A DNA stretch of 32,000 nucleotides from an uncultured archaeon (GTDB lineage Archaea; Iainarchaeota; Iainarchaeia; Iainarchaeales; Iainarchaeaceae): positions 1 through 32,000 of the forward strand of contig CAZNZM010000007.1 of assembly GCA_964577555.1 (NCBI GenBank), written 5' to 3'. Position numbers and translations under genes: made by a program. Shown piece by piece: positions 18,891 through 27,922 of the stretch (position 1 is its first letter; each line of letters begins with the position of its first letter). The notes beneath the pieces were generated by a model, which was not told the DNA's origin, did no database searches, and saw only the letters and a program-made list of their open reading frames with translations.

Positions 18891-19079
18891 CAAAAAACAA
18901 AAATTAAAATTAAAAAAATGTTCAAAAAAACAGACGGTAAAAAAATCAAAAATAAAAAGAGACAAAAATTAAATTTATGACAAGAAAAAAATAAATGGGC
19001 TAAAAACTTGGCTTGAAAAAAAAGATTGTGAAAAACAAACAACAAAAAATAATTGAAAAATGGCTTGCAAACCAAAACG

Positions 19080-19226
19080 ATGGCTGAAAAATTCTCTCAA
19101 AAAACAAGACAAGAAAACAGGTTAAAAAGAAAAAAGTTGAAGACAAAAAGTCAATTCAATTTTTGTTTAACTAAAAAAGTTTTTTGGAAAAATTTCAACC
19201 ATAAACTAAAAATCATTTATAATTAA
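19080..19226 (+). CDS. Possible small lysine-rich ORF (48 aa), weakly supported
   Basis: MAEKFSQKTRQENRLKRKKLKTKSQFNFCLTKKVFWKNFNHKLKIIYN; open in an A-rich region where such ORFs may be fortuitous. Confidence 0.15.
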   Translation: MAEKFSQKTRQENRLKRKKLKTKSQFNFCLTKKVFWKNFNHKLKIIYN

Positions 19227-19305
19227 AAATTTGATATTAAACGACGAAAAGAATATTTAAAAACATCTAAAAAACGATTTCTGCAAATAATCAGCAACAC
19301 TAATA

Positions 19306-19313
19306 TTTTTATA
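19306..19313 (+). promoter_or_regulatory. Candidate archaeal TATA box
   Basis: TTTTTATA 23-30 nt upstream of ATG 19336, compatible with a leaderless transcript. Confidence 0.4.
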
Positions 19314-19335
19314 CTTCTGTTAGATTGGATATATA

Positions 19336-20334
19336 ATGGCTAGAAAACCGTCAAGAAAAATTACATTGATAAGAGAAGGTCCAAAATATTCCAGGCTTGC
19401 CTTGGAACGCTTTCGAGCACGTTCGCCCAAATTATATGAAATTCTTCGAGAAACTCTTTCTAAAATATTTGCCAACAGACCCATATTTGTTAATTTAGTA
19501 TTTAATAATGGTCCATTGAGTTCTTCTGATTTATCCCATTTAATTAGATTGTTTGAAGAATCAAAGTACAATTATTTGAAAGAATTTTCGTACGTTAGAC
19601 AAAATGAAATCCGTTTATCTTTTTCTCGCGACTATAAGCCAGTTTTAAATTTTTTTCAAAGTAATGCAATAAGAAAATTTAAAGAAGCAGTGAATAACGA
19701 AAAAATTGCAAGAATTTATATTGACATCTTGTTCAATTTTCATTTTTTCAAGAAGAAAAAATTTTCAATGTTATTCAGAAGAAAGCCAAAAAATTTTATT
19801 CTTGCATTTAATTCTCTTGCAGAATCGTTTGGTTATAAGGCAACCCCTATAAAAAGTGATAATGCAAATGAAGAAAAATTCATTTATGAAAAAAGAATAA
19901 AATCAGTTCCTATGCAAAATAAATCTTTCTTTCTAACACCTGCACAAACTTCAGCTTTCAATAGTTTGTATAAAGCTTGTGGCAAAATAACGCCTTATTT
20001 AAAATCATCATCCGATCCTTTTTTTGTTTTTAATTTTTATGATAATTTGCAGAAAAAGCTTAATACTCCTAAAAAACCCAGTGTTTTAGAATTAAGTTTT
20101 CCTATTGAATTTATTCAATTAGAAACGAATCCAGAAATAAATGAATTTATTGCTTCGTTAAATACTTTGATGCATGTTTCAGGTTACAAAGGATTAAAAG
20201 TTTTAGAAAGCAAATCAGGTCTTATATTATCATACTTTAGGTATGTTGATCCTAAAATAGGAATTCACAATTTTAAACCTATTCCAACTCTAATCTGGAC
20301 GAAGGAAAATGATACTAATAGAGTAGCCTTATAA
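19336..20334 (+). CDS. Hypothetical protein (332 aa)
   Basis: Long ORF with balanced composition (MARKPSRKITLIREGPKYSRLALERFRARSPKLYEIL...), TATA-like box upstream; family not recognised. Confidence 0.8.
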   Translation: MARKPSRKITLIREGPKYSRLALERFRARSPKLYEILRETLSKIFANRPIFVNLVFNNGPLSSSDLSHLIRLFEESKYNYLKEFSYVRQNEIRLSFSRDYKPVLNFFQSNAIRKFKEAVNNEKIARIYIDILFNFHFFKKKKFSMLFRRKPKNFILAFNSLAESFGYKATPIKSDNANEEKFIYEKRIKSVPMQNKSFFLTPAQTSAFNSLYKACGKITPYLKSSSDPFFVFNFYDNLQKKLNTPKKPSVLELSFPIEFIQLETNPEINEFIASLNTLMHVSGYKGLKVLESKSGLILSYFRYVDPKIGIHNFKPIPTLIWTKENDTNRVAL

Positions 20335-20468
20335 ATGTTAGTCATCATAATGTTTTTTTTAGATGAACGGGTTTTGTTGTTCAAAAGACTACTTTTTGCA
20401 AAAACCTGTTTTTTTGTCCTTTAATATCCTTGCAATATTTTTTGTTTTTTTCACAGCGGTGGTTTTTG

Positions 20469-21539
20469 ATGGAAGCAAAGCTCGTTCTTGAAGACGGAAC
20501 CGAATTTAAAGGAGAATCTTTCGGATATGCGCGTTCCACTTCAGGAGAAGTTGTTTTTAATACTGGCATGGTTGGTTATCCTGAAAGTCTTACAGATCCG
20601 AGCTATGCCGGACAAGTGCTTTGCTTGACTTATCCATTAATTGGAAATTATGGCGTGCCTGAAAAGGTGCTTGAACAAGGAGTGTTGAAAAATTTCGAGT
20701 CTCACAAAATCCAAGTCAAGGCTTTGGTGGTCAATCAATATTCTGAAAATTATTCCCATTACACTGCTGTCAAATCTTTGGGAGACTGGCTTAAAAATGA
20801 AAAAATTCCAGGAATTACAGGCATTGATGTAAGGGCTTTGACAAAAATTTTGCGCGAAAAAGGCACAATGTTGGGCAAAGTAGTTATAGACAATCAAGAA
20901 ATTGATTTTTATGATCCTAATAAAGAAAATTTAGTTGAAGAAGCCAGCATTCACAAGCCGATTATTTATGGAAAATCCGGAAAAAAAATTTTGCTGATTG
21001 ATTGCGGGGTAAAAAACAATATCATTCATTCCTTGCTTAAGCGAAATACTGTTGTTATTAGGGTTCCTTGGGATTATGATTTTCTTTCAAGTGAAAACCC
21101 TTATGACTTTGATGGGGTTTTGATAAGCAATGGTCCAGGGGATCCAAAAATGTGTGTTGAAACAATAAAAAACATTCGCAAGGCAATGGAAAAAGAAATT
21201 CCCATTTTTGGAATTTGCTTGGGCAATCAACTTCTTGCTTTGGCATCTGGCGGAGACACTTATAAATTAAAATACGGGCACAGAAGCCAAAATCAACCAG
21301 TTTATGTTGTTGGCGAAAAAAAGTGCTTCATAACTAGTCAAAACCACGGTTTTGCTGTCAATGAAAAAACACTTTCCAATGGTTGGGTGCCTTGGATGAG
21401 AAACGCCAATGATGATACTAATGAAGGCATAAGACACAGGCAAAAACCTTTTTTTTCCGTACAATTTCACCCGGAAGCAAGCCCCGGGCCTTCTGATACG
21501 GAATTTTTATTTGACGAGTTTTTGAAGGTGTTGAAATGA
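20469..21539 (+). CDS. carA: Carbamoyl-phosphate synthase small subunit
   Basis: MEAKLVLEDGTEFKGESFGY, VLISNGPGDPKMC, PIFGICLGNQLLALASGG, FSVQFHPEASPGPSDT. Start set at ATG 20469 rather than 20430. Confidence 0.96.
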   Translation: MEAKLVLEDGTEFKGESFGYARSTSGEVVFNTGMVGYPESLTDPSYAGQVLCLTYPLIGNYGVPEKVLEQGVLKNFESHKIQVKALVVNQYSENYSHYTAVKSLGDWLKNEKIPGITGIDVRALTKILREKGTMLGKVVIDNQEIDFYDPNKENLVEEASIHKPIIYGKSGKKILLIDCGVKNNIIHSLLKRNTVVIRVPWDYDFLSSENPYDFDGVLISNGPGDPKMCVETIKNIRKAMEKEIPIFGICLGNQLLALASGGDTYKLKYGHRSQNQPVYVVGEKKCFITSQNHGFAVNEKTLSNGWVPWMRNANDDTNEGIRHRQKPFFSVQFHPEASPGPSDTEFLFDEFLKVLK

Positions 21540-24500
21540 CAAATTTGGTTAAGCCCAAAAAAGTTCTTGTTATTGGTTCAGGCGCTCTTCAAATAGGACA
21601 GGCAGGAGAATTTGATTATTCTGGATCTCAGGCAATAAAAGCTTTGAAAGAAGAAGGCATAAAAGTTGTTGTAATAAACCCGAATATTGCAACGGTGCAA
21701 ACATCCAAAGGATTTGCAGACGAAGTATATTTTGTTCCAATAACTCCTTATTTTGTGGAAGAAGTGATAAAACGCGAAAAACCAGATGGTATTTTGCTTT
21801 CTTTTGGCGGTCAAACCGCATTAAATTGTGGAGTTGAATTGGAAAGGTCAAAAGTTTTGGAAAAACATGGCGTAAAAGTTCTTGGCACACAAGTTCGAAG
21901 CATAGAACTTACAGAAGATCGCGCTTTGTTTAACAAAGAACTTAAAAAAATAGGAGTAAAAATGCCCAAATCTTTTGCAGTTACTAATGTAAAGGACGCA
22001 TTAATTGCGGCAAAAAAAATAGGTTATCCAGTAATGTTGCGCATAGCTTATGCGCTTGGCGGAAAAGGAAGCGGGGTAGCCAAAAACGAAGCAGAGCTTA
22101 ATGAAATGGCTGTGCGCGCTTTCAAAACTGCTCCCCAAATACTTGTGGAAGAATATTTGGCTGGTTGGAAAGAAATAGAATACGAAGTTGTAAGAGATTC
22201 ATACGATAATTGCATAGTGATATGCAACATGGAAAATTTTGATCCTTTGGGAATACATACCGGAGAAAGCATAGTTGTTGCGCCCTCCCAAACATTAAAC
22301 AACCATGAATATCACATGTTAAGAGAGATTTCAATAAAAGTAATAAGGCATTTGGGAATTGTCGGGGAATGTAATATTCAATTCGCGCTTGACCCTAACA
22401 GCAATGAGTATAGGGTGATTGAGGTTAATGCAAGGCTTTCAAGGAGTTCCGCATTGGCTTCAAAAGCCACTGGCTATCCTCTTGCATCTGTTGCAGCCAA
22501 ACTTTCTCTTGGCTATAGCCTTCTTGATTTGCAAAATTCAATTACAAAAGCCACTAAAGCATGTTTTGAACCAGCATTGGATTATGTTGTAGTAAAAATT
22601 CCGCGCTGGGATTTGCAAAAATTCAGAAACGTGAGCAAAAAAATAGGCTCTGAAATGAAAAGCGTTGGAGAAGTAATGGCTATTGGCAGGACATTTGAAG
22701 AGGCTTTGCAAAAAGCAATAAGAATGTTGCATATAGGAATGTACGGGCTTGTAGGAAACAAAGTTTATTTCAAAAAACTGGCTGAAGAAGTAAAATATCC
22801 CACTGATAAAAGAATATTTGCGATAGTTGAAGCAATTGAAAAAAAAGTGCCAATAGAAAAAATTCATCAAGCTTCAAAAATAGACAAGTGGTTCCTTTGC
22901 AAAATGCAGGAAATAGTGAAAACCAAAAAAGAACTTGAAAAAATCAACCTTGAAACTCTTGATAAGGAAACTCTTTTGAAGGCGAAAAAACAAGGTTTTT
23001 CAGACAAGCAAATAGCCATGTTGATAGGCGCCAAATCAGAATTGGATGTTAGGGAAAAAAGAAAATTTTTTGGAATAAGGCCTTTTGTAAAACAAATAGA
23101 CACTTTGGCTGCAGAGTATCCTGCAAAAACTAATTATTTGTATTTGACATACAATGGAGTTTCACATGATATAGAATTTTCCCAACCAAAATCTATTATT
23201 GTGCTTGGTTCAGGAGCCTATAGAATAGGAAGCTCAGTGGAATTTGATTATTGTTGTGTCGGCGCATCAAAAACAGCCAGAAAGTTAAATTACAATTCAA
23301 TAATGATCAACTTTAATCCTGAAACAGTTTCAACCGATTATGACGAGTGCGACAGGCTTTATTTTGAAGAATTGAGCTTTGAAACGATTGCAGACATATA
23401 TGAACTTGAAAAACCTTTTGGGGTTGTCATTTCAATGGGTGGACAAATACCAAACAACTTGGCTTTGAAATTACACAATGCTGGTTTTAGGGTTCTTGGA
23501 ACTTCGCCTGAAAACATTGATATTGCAGAAGACAGGCACAAATTCAGTTCTTTGTGCGATTCTCTTGGAATACCACAACCAGAATGGAAAGAACTCACAA
23601 ATTTGGATGATGTGAAGCAATTTGCATCAAAAACAGGTTTTCCAGTTTTGGTCAGGCCTTCTTATGTTTTAAGCGGCCAAGCAATGGCCGTGGCTTTTAA
23701 TGATAAGGAACTTGAACAGTATATAAAAAACGCTACTTCAGTAAACAAAGAGCACCCGGTTGTAGTGAGTAAATTTATTTTGAATGCAAGGGAAATAGAG
23801 TTGGATGCAATAGCTTTTAATGGAGAAATAATAGATTTTGCTGTTATAGAACACATTGAAAACGCCGGAGTTCATTCAGGCGATGCCACCATGGTTCTTC
23901 CTCCTCAAAAAATTTATTTGGAAACAGTCAGAAAAATAAAAGACATAGGAAAAAAACTTGCAAGTGCATTAAAAATATCAGGACCGTTCAACATACAATT
24001 TTTGGCAAAAGACAACGATGTAATGGTAATAGAGTGCAATCTTCGAGCTTCCAGGTCAATGCCTTTTGTTTCAAAAGTGCTTGGGCATGATTTTATTGAA
24101 TCTGCTTCAATGATTTTGCTTGGAGAAAAACCCATTAAAAGCCACAAATCTTTTTTTGATTTGGATTATGTTGGCGTAAAAGCCCCTCAATTCTCTTTTT
24201 CAAGGCTCAGAGGTGCTGACCCTGTTTCAGGAGTTGAAATGGCTTCCACCGGTGAAGTAGGTTGTCTTGGAAAGGATTTTGACGACGCCTTTCTTAAAGC
24301 GCTATTAAGCACAGGTTACGTTATTCCAAAAAAAAGCATTCTTGTATCGCTTACAGGAGATGCAAACAGGCAAAAATTTCTTGACGAGTTGAAGGAACTT
24401 TCAAAAAGCAATTTTTTGATTTATGCGACAGAACATACTGCCGAATTCCTGAAAAACAATAAAATTCCATGCAAAATGGTTTTTAAAATTCATGAAAAAA

Positions 24501-24733
24501 AATCGCCAAACGTGATAGAACTTTTTCAAAAGAGCAAGGTTGATTTGGCAATAATAGTGGCTGATCCTTTCAAGCAAATTGCAACCGATCCAAAGTATGA
24601 TGTAAGGCGTGCAGCAGTGGATTACAACGTGCCTCTCATCACAAATATCCAAATAGCTTCAAGTTTTGTAAGAGCCATAGTCAGAAAAAAATTGGTTGAT
24701 CTTGAAGTAAAACCATGGAACTGCTATACTTAA
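21536..24733 (+). CDS. carB: Carbamoyl-phosphate synthase large subunit
   Basis: 1065 aa; VLVIGSGALQIGQAGEFDYSGSQAIKALKEEG, second half IIVLGSGAYRIGSSVEFDYC; start overlaps carA end by 4 nt. Confidence 0.98.
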   Translation: MTNLVKPKKVLVIGSGALQIGQAGEFDYSGSQAIKALKEEGIKVVVINPNIATVQTSKGFADEVYFVPITPYFVEEVIKREKPDGILLSFGGQTALNCGVELERSKVLEKHGVKVLGTQVRSIELTEDRALFNKELKKIGVKMPKSFAVTNVKDALIAAKKIGYPVMLRIAYALGGKGSGVAKNEAELNEMAVRAFKTAPQILVEEYLAGWKEIEYEVVRDSYDNCIVICNMENFDPLGIHTGESIVVAPSQTLNNHEYHMLREISIKVIRHLGIVGECNIQFALDPNSNEYRVIEVNARLSRSSALASKATGYPLASVAAKLSLGYSLLDLQNSITKATKACFEPALDYVVVKIPRWDLQKFRNVSKKIGSEMKSVGEVMAIGRTFEEALQKAIRMLHIGMYGLVGNKVYFKKLAEEVKYPTDKRIFAIVEAIEKKVPIEKIHQASKIDKWFLCKMQEIVKTKKELEKINLETLDKETLLKAKKQGFSDKQIAMLIGAKSELDVREKRKFFGIRPFVKQIDTLAAEYPAKTNYLYLTYNGVSHDIEFSQPKSIIVLGSGAYRIGSSVEFDYCCVGASKTARKLNYNSIMINFNPETVSTDYDECDRLYFEELSFETIADIYELEKPFGVVISMGGQIPNNLALKLHNAGFRVLGTSPENIDIAEDRHKFSSLCDSLGIPQPEWKELTNLDDVKQFASKTGFPVLVRPSYVLSGQAMAVAFNDKELEQYIKNATSVNKEHPVVVSKFILNAREIELDAIAFNGEIIDFAVIEHIENAGVHSGDATMVLPPQKIYLETVRKIKDIGKKLASALKISGPFNIQFLAKDNDVMVIECNLRASRSMPFVSKVLGHDFIESASMILLGEKPIKSHKSFFDLDYVGVKAPQFSFSRLRGADPVSGVEMASTGEVGCLGKDFDDAFLKALLSTGYVIPKKSILVSLTGDANRQKFLDELKELSKSNFLIYATEHTAEFLKNNKIPCKMVFKIHEKKSPNVIELFQKSKVDLAIIVADPFKQIATDPKYDVRRAAVDYNVPLITNIQIASSFVRAIVRKKLVDLEVKPWNCYT

Positions 24734-24829
24734 TTTTTTTTCATTCAATGTGGTTGTTCAAAATTTTTTTATTATTTTATGCATGATTTTTGTCAAAACC
24801 AAGTTTTTATATTATTTTTTTTAGAGGAA

Positions 24830-25387
24830 CTATTTCCATTTTATGTTGCACCCAATCGAAGGTTGTTCTTTGATTGTTACTTTTTTTCCATTCAGGGTTT
24901 GTATTATTGCTTCTTCCAATTCATTTGTTTTTGCATTTTCATGAGGTTGCATATGGGCGTCATCTATTCTTCCATGATAGGCTAATTTGCAAGAGGAATC
25001 AAACAAAAAAGGGTCCGGAGTGCAAGCGGCTCCATAAGCCTTGGCAATTTCCTGTGTTTCGTCCAAAAGATACGGAAAACCGAATTTTTGTTCTTTTGAA
25101 ACTTTTATCATATTTTCAAAATTGTCCTCTTCATACGCGTTTGTATTGTTGCTGTTTATTCCAAACATTGCAAGCCCGTTTTTTGAATACTTGTCATACA
25201 ATTGTTTCAAAAATTTCATTTTTGGTTTGACATAAGGGCAATGGTTGCACATGAAAACCACAAGAACAGCCTTATATTCGCCTTGCTTTGGCAGGGAATG
25301 TACTTTTCCATCAGCGCCAGGAAGAGAAAAGTAGGGGGCGGAATCTCCTTTTTTTAGGACGTCATAATTTGATGGAGTCAAAACCAT
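24830..25387 (-). CDS. Thioredoxin-fold/peroxiredoxin-like protein
   Basis: MVLTPSNYDVLKKGDSAPYFSLPGADGK... with VVFMCNHCPYVKP CxxC motif; start moved to the internal Met preceding VLTPSNYD. Confidence 0.85.
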   Translation of the reverse strand: MVLTPSNYDVLKKGDSAPYFSLPGADGKVHSLPKQGEYKAVLVVFMCNHCPYVKPKMKFLKQLYDKYSKNGLAMFGINSNNTNAYEEDNFENMIKVSKEQKFGFPYLLDETQEIAKAYGAACTPDPFLFDSSCKLAYHGRIDDAHMQPHENAKTNELEEAIIQTLNGKKVTIKEQPSIGCNIKWK

Positions 25388-25421
25388 AAAATATACTGCC
25401 CAGAACAAGTTTATAAATTAT

Positions 25422-25742
25422 TCATGTTTTTTTGAACATGAAAAAAACTTTTTCAAAATTTTGCACTTTGCCGAATTTTACTTTTACTCCTTCGTCTTCA
25501 AGCAATTTTTCCTTGGCTTTTTTTCCATAAGCAAAACCGCCAATACATCCATTGCTCATAATTACTCTGTGACAAGGCACTTTCGGCATTCCCGGGCTTT
25601 TATTGCAAGCTTTTCCAACTGCCCTTGAATATTTTAGGCTTCCTAAAGTTTTTGCTATTTCACCATAACTTGTAACCTTGCCTTTTGGCACCATTGAAAT
25701 TAATTCAAAAACCCTCTTTCTAAAATCAGGAATGCTTTGCAT
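25422..25742 (-). CDS. Methylated-DNA--[protein]-cysteine S-methyltransferase (MGMT/Ogt or ATL family)
   Basis: MQSIPDFRKRVFELISMVPKGKVTSYGEIAKTLGSLKYSRAVGKACNKSPGMPKVPCHRVIMSNG; PCHRV active site. The track's upstream start (25820) reads through the tRNA; ATG 25742 chosen. Confidence 0.93.
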   Translation of the reverse strand: MQSIPDFRKRVFELISMVPKGKVTSYGEIAKTLGSLKYSRAVGKACNKSPGMPKVPCHRVIMSNGCIGGFAYGKKAKEKLLEDEGVKVKFGKVQNFEKVFFMFKKT

Positions 25743-25747
25743 GTAAG

Positions 25748-25843
25748 TGGGGACACAGGGATTTGAACCCCGATCCACCGGTATCCCCAAAAACTTCTTT
25801 TTTGCTGGAGCCGGTTGCACTAACCTGGTTATGCTATGTCCCC
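25748..25843 (-). tRNA. tRNA-Trp (anticodon CCA) with a 22-nt intron
   Basis: Mature form GGGGACA TA GCAT AACCAGGTTA GTGC A ACCGG CTCCAG|A CCGGT GGAT CGGGG TTCAAAT CCCTG TGTCCCC A. Acceptor 7 bp perfect, D stem with one wobble, anticodon stem perfect, T stem with one wobble. Intron at 37/38. Confidence 0.95.
25783..25804 (-). other. Archaeal tRNA intron (bulge-helix-bulge)
   Basis: Intron CAAAAAAGAAGTTTTTGGGGAT. Central 4-bp helix CTCC/GGGG, 3-nt bulges AG^C and AT^A, inner helix AAAAA/TTTTT, outer helix ACCGG/CCGGT. Confidence 0.93.
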
Positions 25844-25900
25844 TTTCAAATAATACAAATAATAGTTGGTTTAAAATTTTTCCCTTTGATTCTTTTTTTC

Positions 25901-27199
25901 TTAAGCTAATTTGGTGTGGTTGATTCTTCCTCTTGCCCTTTCCGCTTCAAGAATTTTATTCACCGCTATAATATAAGCGGCTTTTCTGAGACTTACTTTT
26001 TCCCTTTGGCTAACAATTTCAACTTCATTTAATGCATTCGACATTGTTGCTTCAAGCTTTGAATTGATTTCATTTTCTGTCCAATAATAATTTGCCAGGT
26101 TTTGCACCCATTCAAAGTAACTTACTACAACCCCGCCGGAATTAGCCAATATATCTGGAATTATGACATGTCCCTTTTTTTCAAGATAATCATCCGCTTC
26201 AGGGGTTATAGGACCGTTTGCCATCTCAACTATTATATTTGCTTTTATTTTTGTCATGTTGCTTGAATTTATTACATTTTCAACCGCTGAAGGTATGAGA
26301 ATATCAACCGACAATTCAAGCAATTCTTCATTGGTTATTTTTTTGCCATAATGCAATTCATGAATTTTTTTTCCGTTTTCCGTTTCCTCAAAAATCTTTT
26401 TTATGTCAAGTCCCTTTTCATTATAAATTCCTGATTTTGAATCCGAAACAGCCACGATGTCAAAGCCCCATTCATACAATATTTTTGCAATATGCGAACC
26501 AACATTACCAAAACCTTGAATTGCAACCTTAAGCCCTTGTTGTTTTATTCCAGCATTATTCAAGTATTGTTTCAAACAAATAGCCCCGCCAAGCGAAGTT
26601 GAATAAACCCTTCCAAGACTGCCTCCAAGAGACAACGGCTTGCCGGTTATTACTCCAGGAACCTTTGAATTGGTGATTTTTTCATATTCATCAAGCATCC
26701 AACCCATTATTTTTTGATTAGTATTCACATCAGGAGCAGGTATATCAACCCTGTCCCCAATAAATCTTGAAAATTCTTTTATATACTGCCTGCTCAACCT
26801 TTCAAGTTCTTGCTCGCTTAATTTTTTCGGATCAACCTTTATGCCGCCTTTTGCCCCGCCATATGGCAAATTTACTACTGCGCATTTCAAAGCCATTAAA
26901 AAAGCCAACTCTTTTATTTCCTCAACATTCACGCTTTGAGAAAATCTTATACCGCCTTTAGTTGGACCTCTTGCATCATTATATTGCACCCTGTAAGCCG
27001 GAAAAATTTTTATTGAACCGTCATCCATTCTCAATGGAATATTAATGTTTATTGTCCTGGCCGGCTGTGCCAAAATAGCAAGGTCGCTTGCAGAAAAAAA
27101 ACCCAAATCAATTATTTTTTTAAGATAAATTTTACAAATATCGCATTCTATTTCAGGATTTGAATGAAAACTCATCTTACCAACCCATTTTTTTTCCAA
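25901..27199 (-). CDS. gdhA: Glutamate dehydrogenase (Glu/Leu/Phe/Val dehydrogenase family)
   Basis: YRVQYNDARGPTKGGIRFSQSV, PYGGAKGGIKVDPKKLS, PAPDVNTNQKIMGWMLDEY, VAIQGFGNVGSHIAKILYEWG. The start may be the later Met at about 27175. Confidence 0.95.
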   Translation of the reverse strand: MEKKWVGKMSFHSNPEIECDICKIYLKKIIDLGFFSASDLAILAQPARTININIPLRMDDGSIKIFPAYRVQYNDARGPTKGGIRFSQSVNVEEIKELAFLMALKCAVVNLPYGGAKGGIKVDPKKLSEQELERLSRQYIKEFSRFIGDRVDIPAPDVNTNQKIMGWMLDEYEKITNSKVPGVITGKPLSLGGSLGRVYSTSLGGAICLKQYLNNAGIKQQGLKVAIQGFGNVGSHIAKILYEWGFDIVAVSDSKSGIYNEKGLDIKKIFEETENGKKIHELHYGKKITNEELLELSVDILIPSAVENVINSSNMTKIKANIIVEMANGPITPEADDYLEKKGHVIIPDILANSGGVVVSYFEWVQNLANYYWTENEINSKLEATMSNALNEVEIVSQREKVSLRKAAYIIAVNKILEAERARGRINHTKLA

Positions 27200-27243
27200 T
27201 CCTAATTAAATCTTCAAATTCAATATTCTACTTTTTGATTCAA

Positions 27244-27879
27244 TTAATTTAAATCCTTTTTTATAAAACCTTCACCACTTTTTTTTGACTCAACCAAATA
27301 ATATTTTATTATAGTTTTATGCGGCTTGTATTCCACATAATAAATGCATTCGTTTGGAAACTCTATTTCCATCATTTCATTTCCATTCAAACCAAGAATG
27401 TTTCCAAGCAATAATCTGCAAATTCCGCCATGAGTCACTATTAAAATTTTTCTACTTGAATACTTTTCCTTTAATTCTTTTAAAAAAGGCTTGACCCTAA
27501 ATTCATCAGCTTGCTTGTAACTTTCTCCGCCTTCATGCATGAATTCATACTTGTTATCAACCCTTTCAACCCAATCCCCGGGAAATTTTGATTCTATTTC
27601 ATGTTTGTCCATGCCGCTATATTTTCCTATGTCAATTTCCATCAATTCTTTTCTATAATCCACCTTATTTTTATGGTGTTTCATTATCTCTGAAATTGTT
27701 TGCCTGCATCTTAATTGTGGGGAACAAAATACGTGGTCAAACTTTTCGTCTTTAAGTTTTTCAGCAATTAATTTTGCCTGGATTTTCCCGTGTTCGTTTA
27801 TTGAGGATTCAATCCTGCCTTGAAGCTTTTTTTTGACATTATCGTCGGTTTCGCCATGCCTGCAAATCACAATATCCAT
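27244..27879 (-). CDS. Histidine phosphatase family protein (phosphoglycerate mutase-like)
   Basis: MDIVICRHGETDDNVKKKLQGRIESSINEHG (RHG motif), VFCSPQLRCRQT, ILIVTHGGICRLLLG. Confidence 0.92.
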   Translation of the reverse strand: MDIVICRHGETDDNVKKKLQGRIESSINEHGKIQAKLIAEKLKDEKFDHVFCSPQLRCRQTISEIMKHHKNKVDYRKELMEIDIGKYSGMDKHEIESKFPGDWVERVDNKYEFMHEGGESYKQADEFRVKPFLKELKEKYSSRKILIVTHGGICRLLLGNILGLNGNEMMEIEFPNECIYYVEYKPHKTIIKYYLVESKKSGEGFIKKDLN

Positions 27880-27922
27880 GCATTAAAAAAAATCACAAAC
27901 TAATAAAAATTGTCACTTTTTA

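Noticed and set aside
25742-25820. N-terminal extension MQPAPAKKKFLGIPVDRGSNPCVPTY of the MGMT ORF
   Set aside because: This is translation through the tRNA-Trp gene and its intron; the domain starts at MQSIPDFRKRV.
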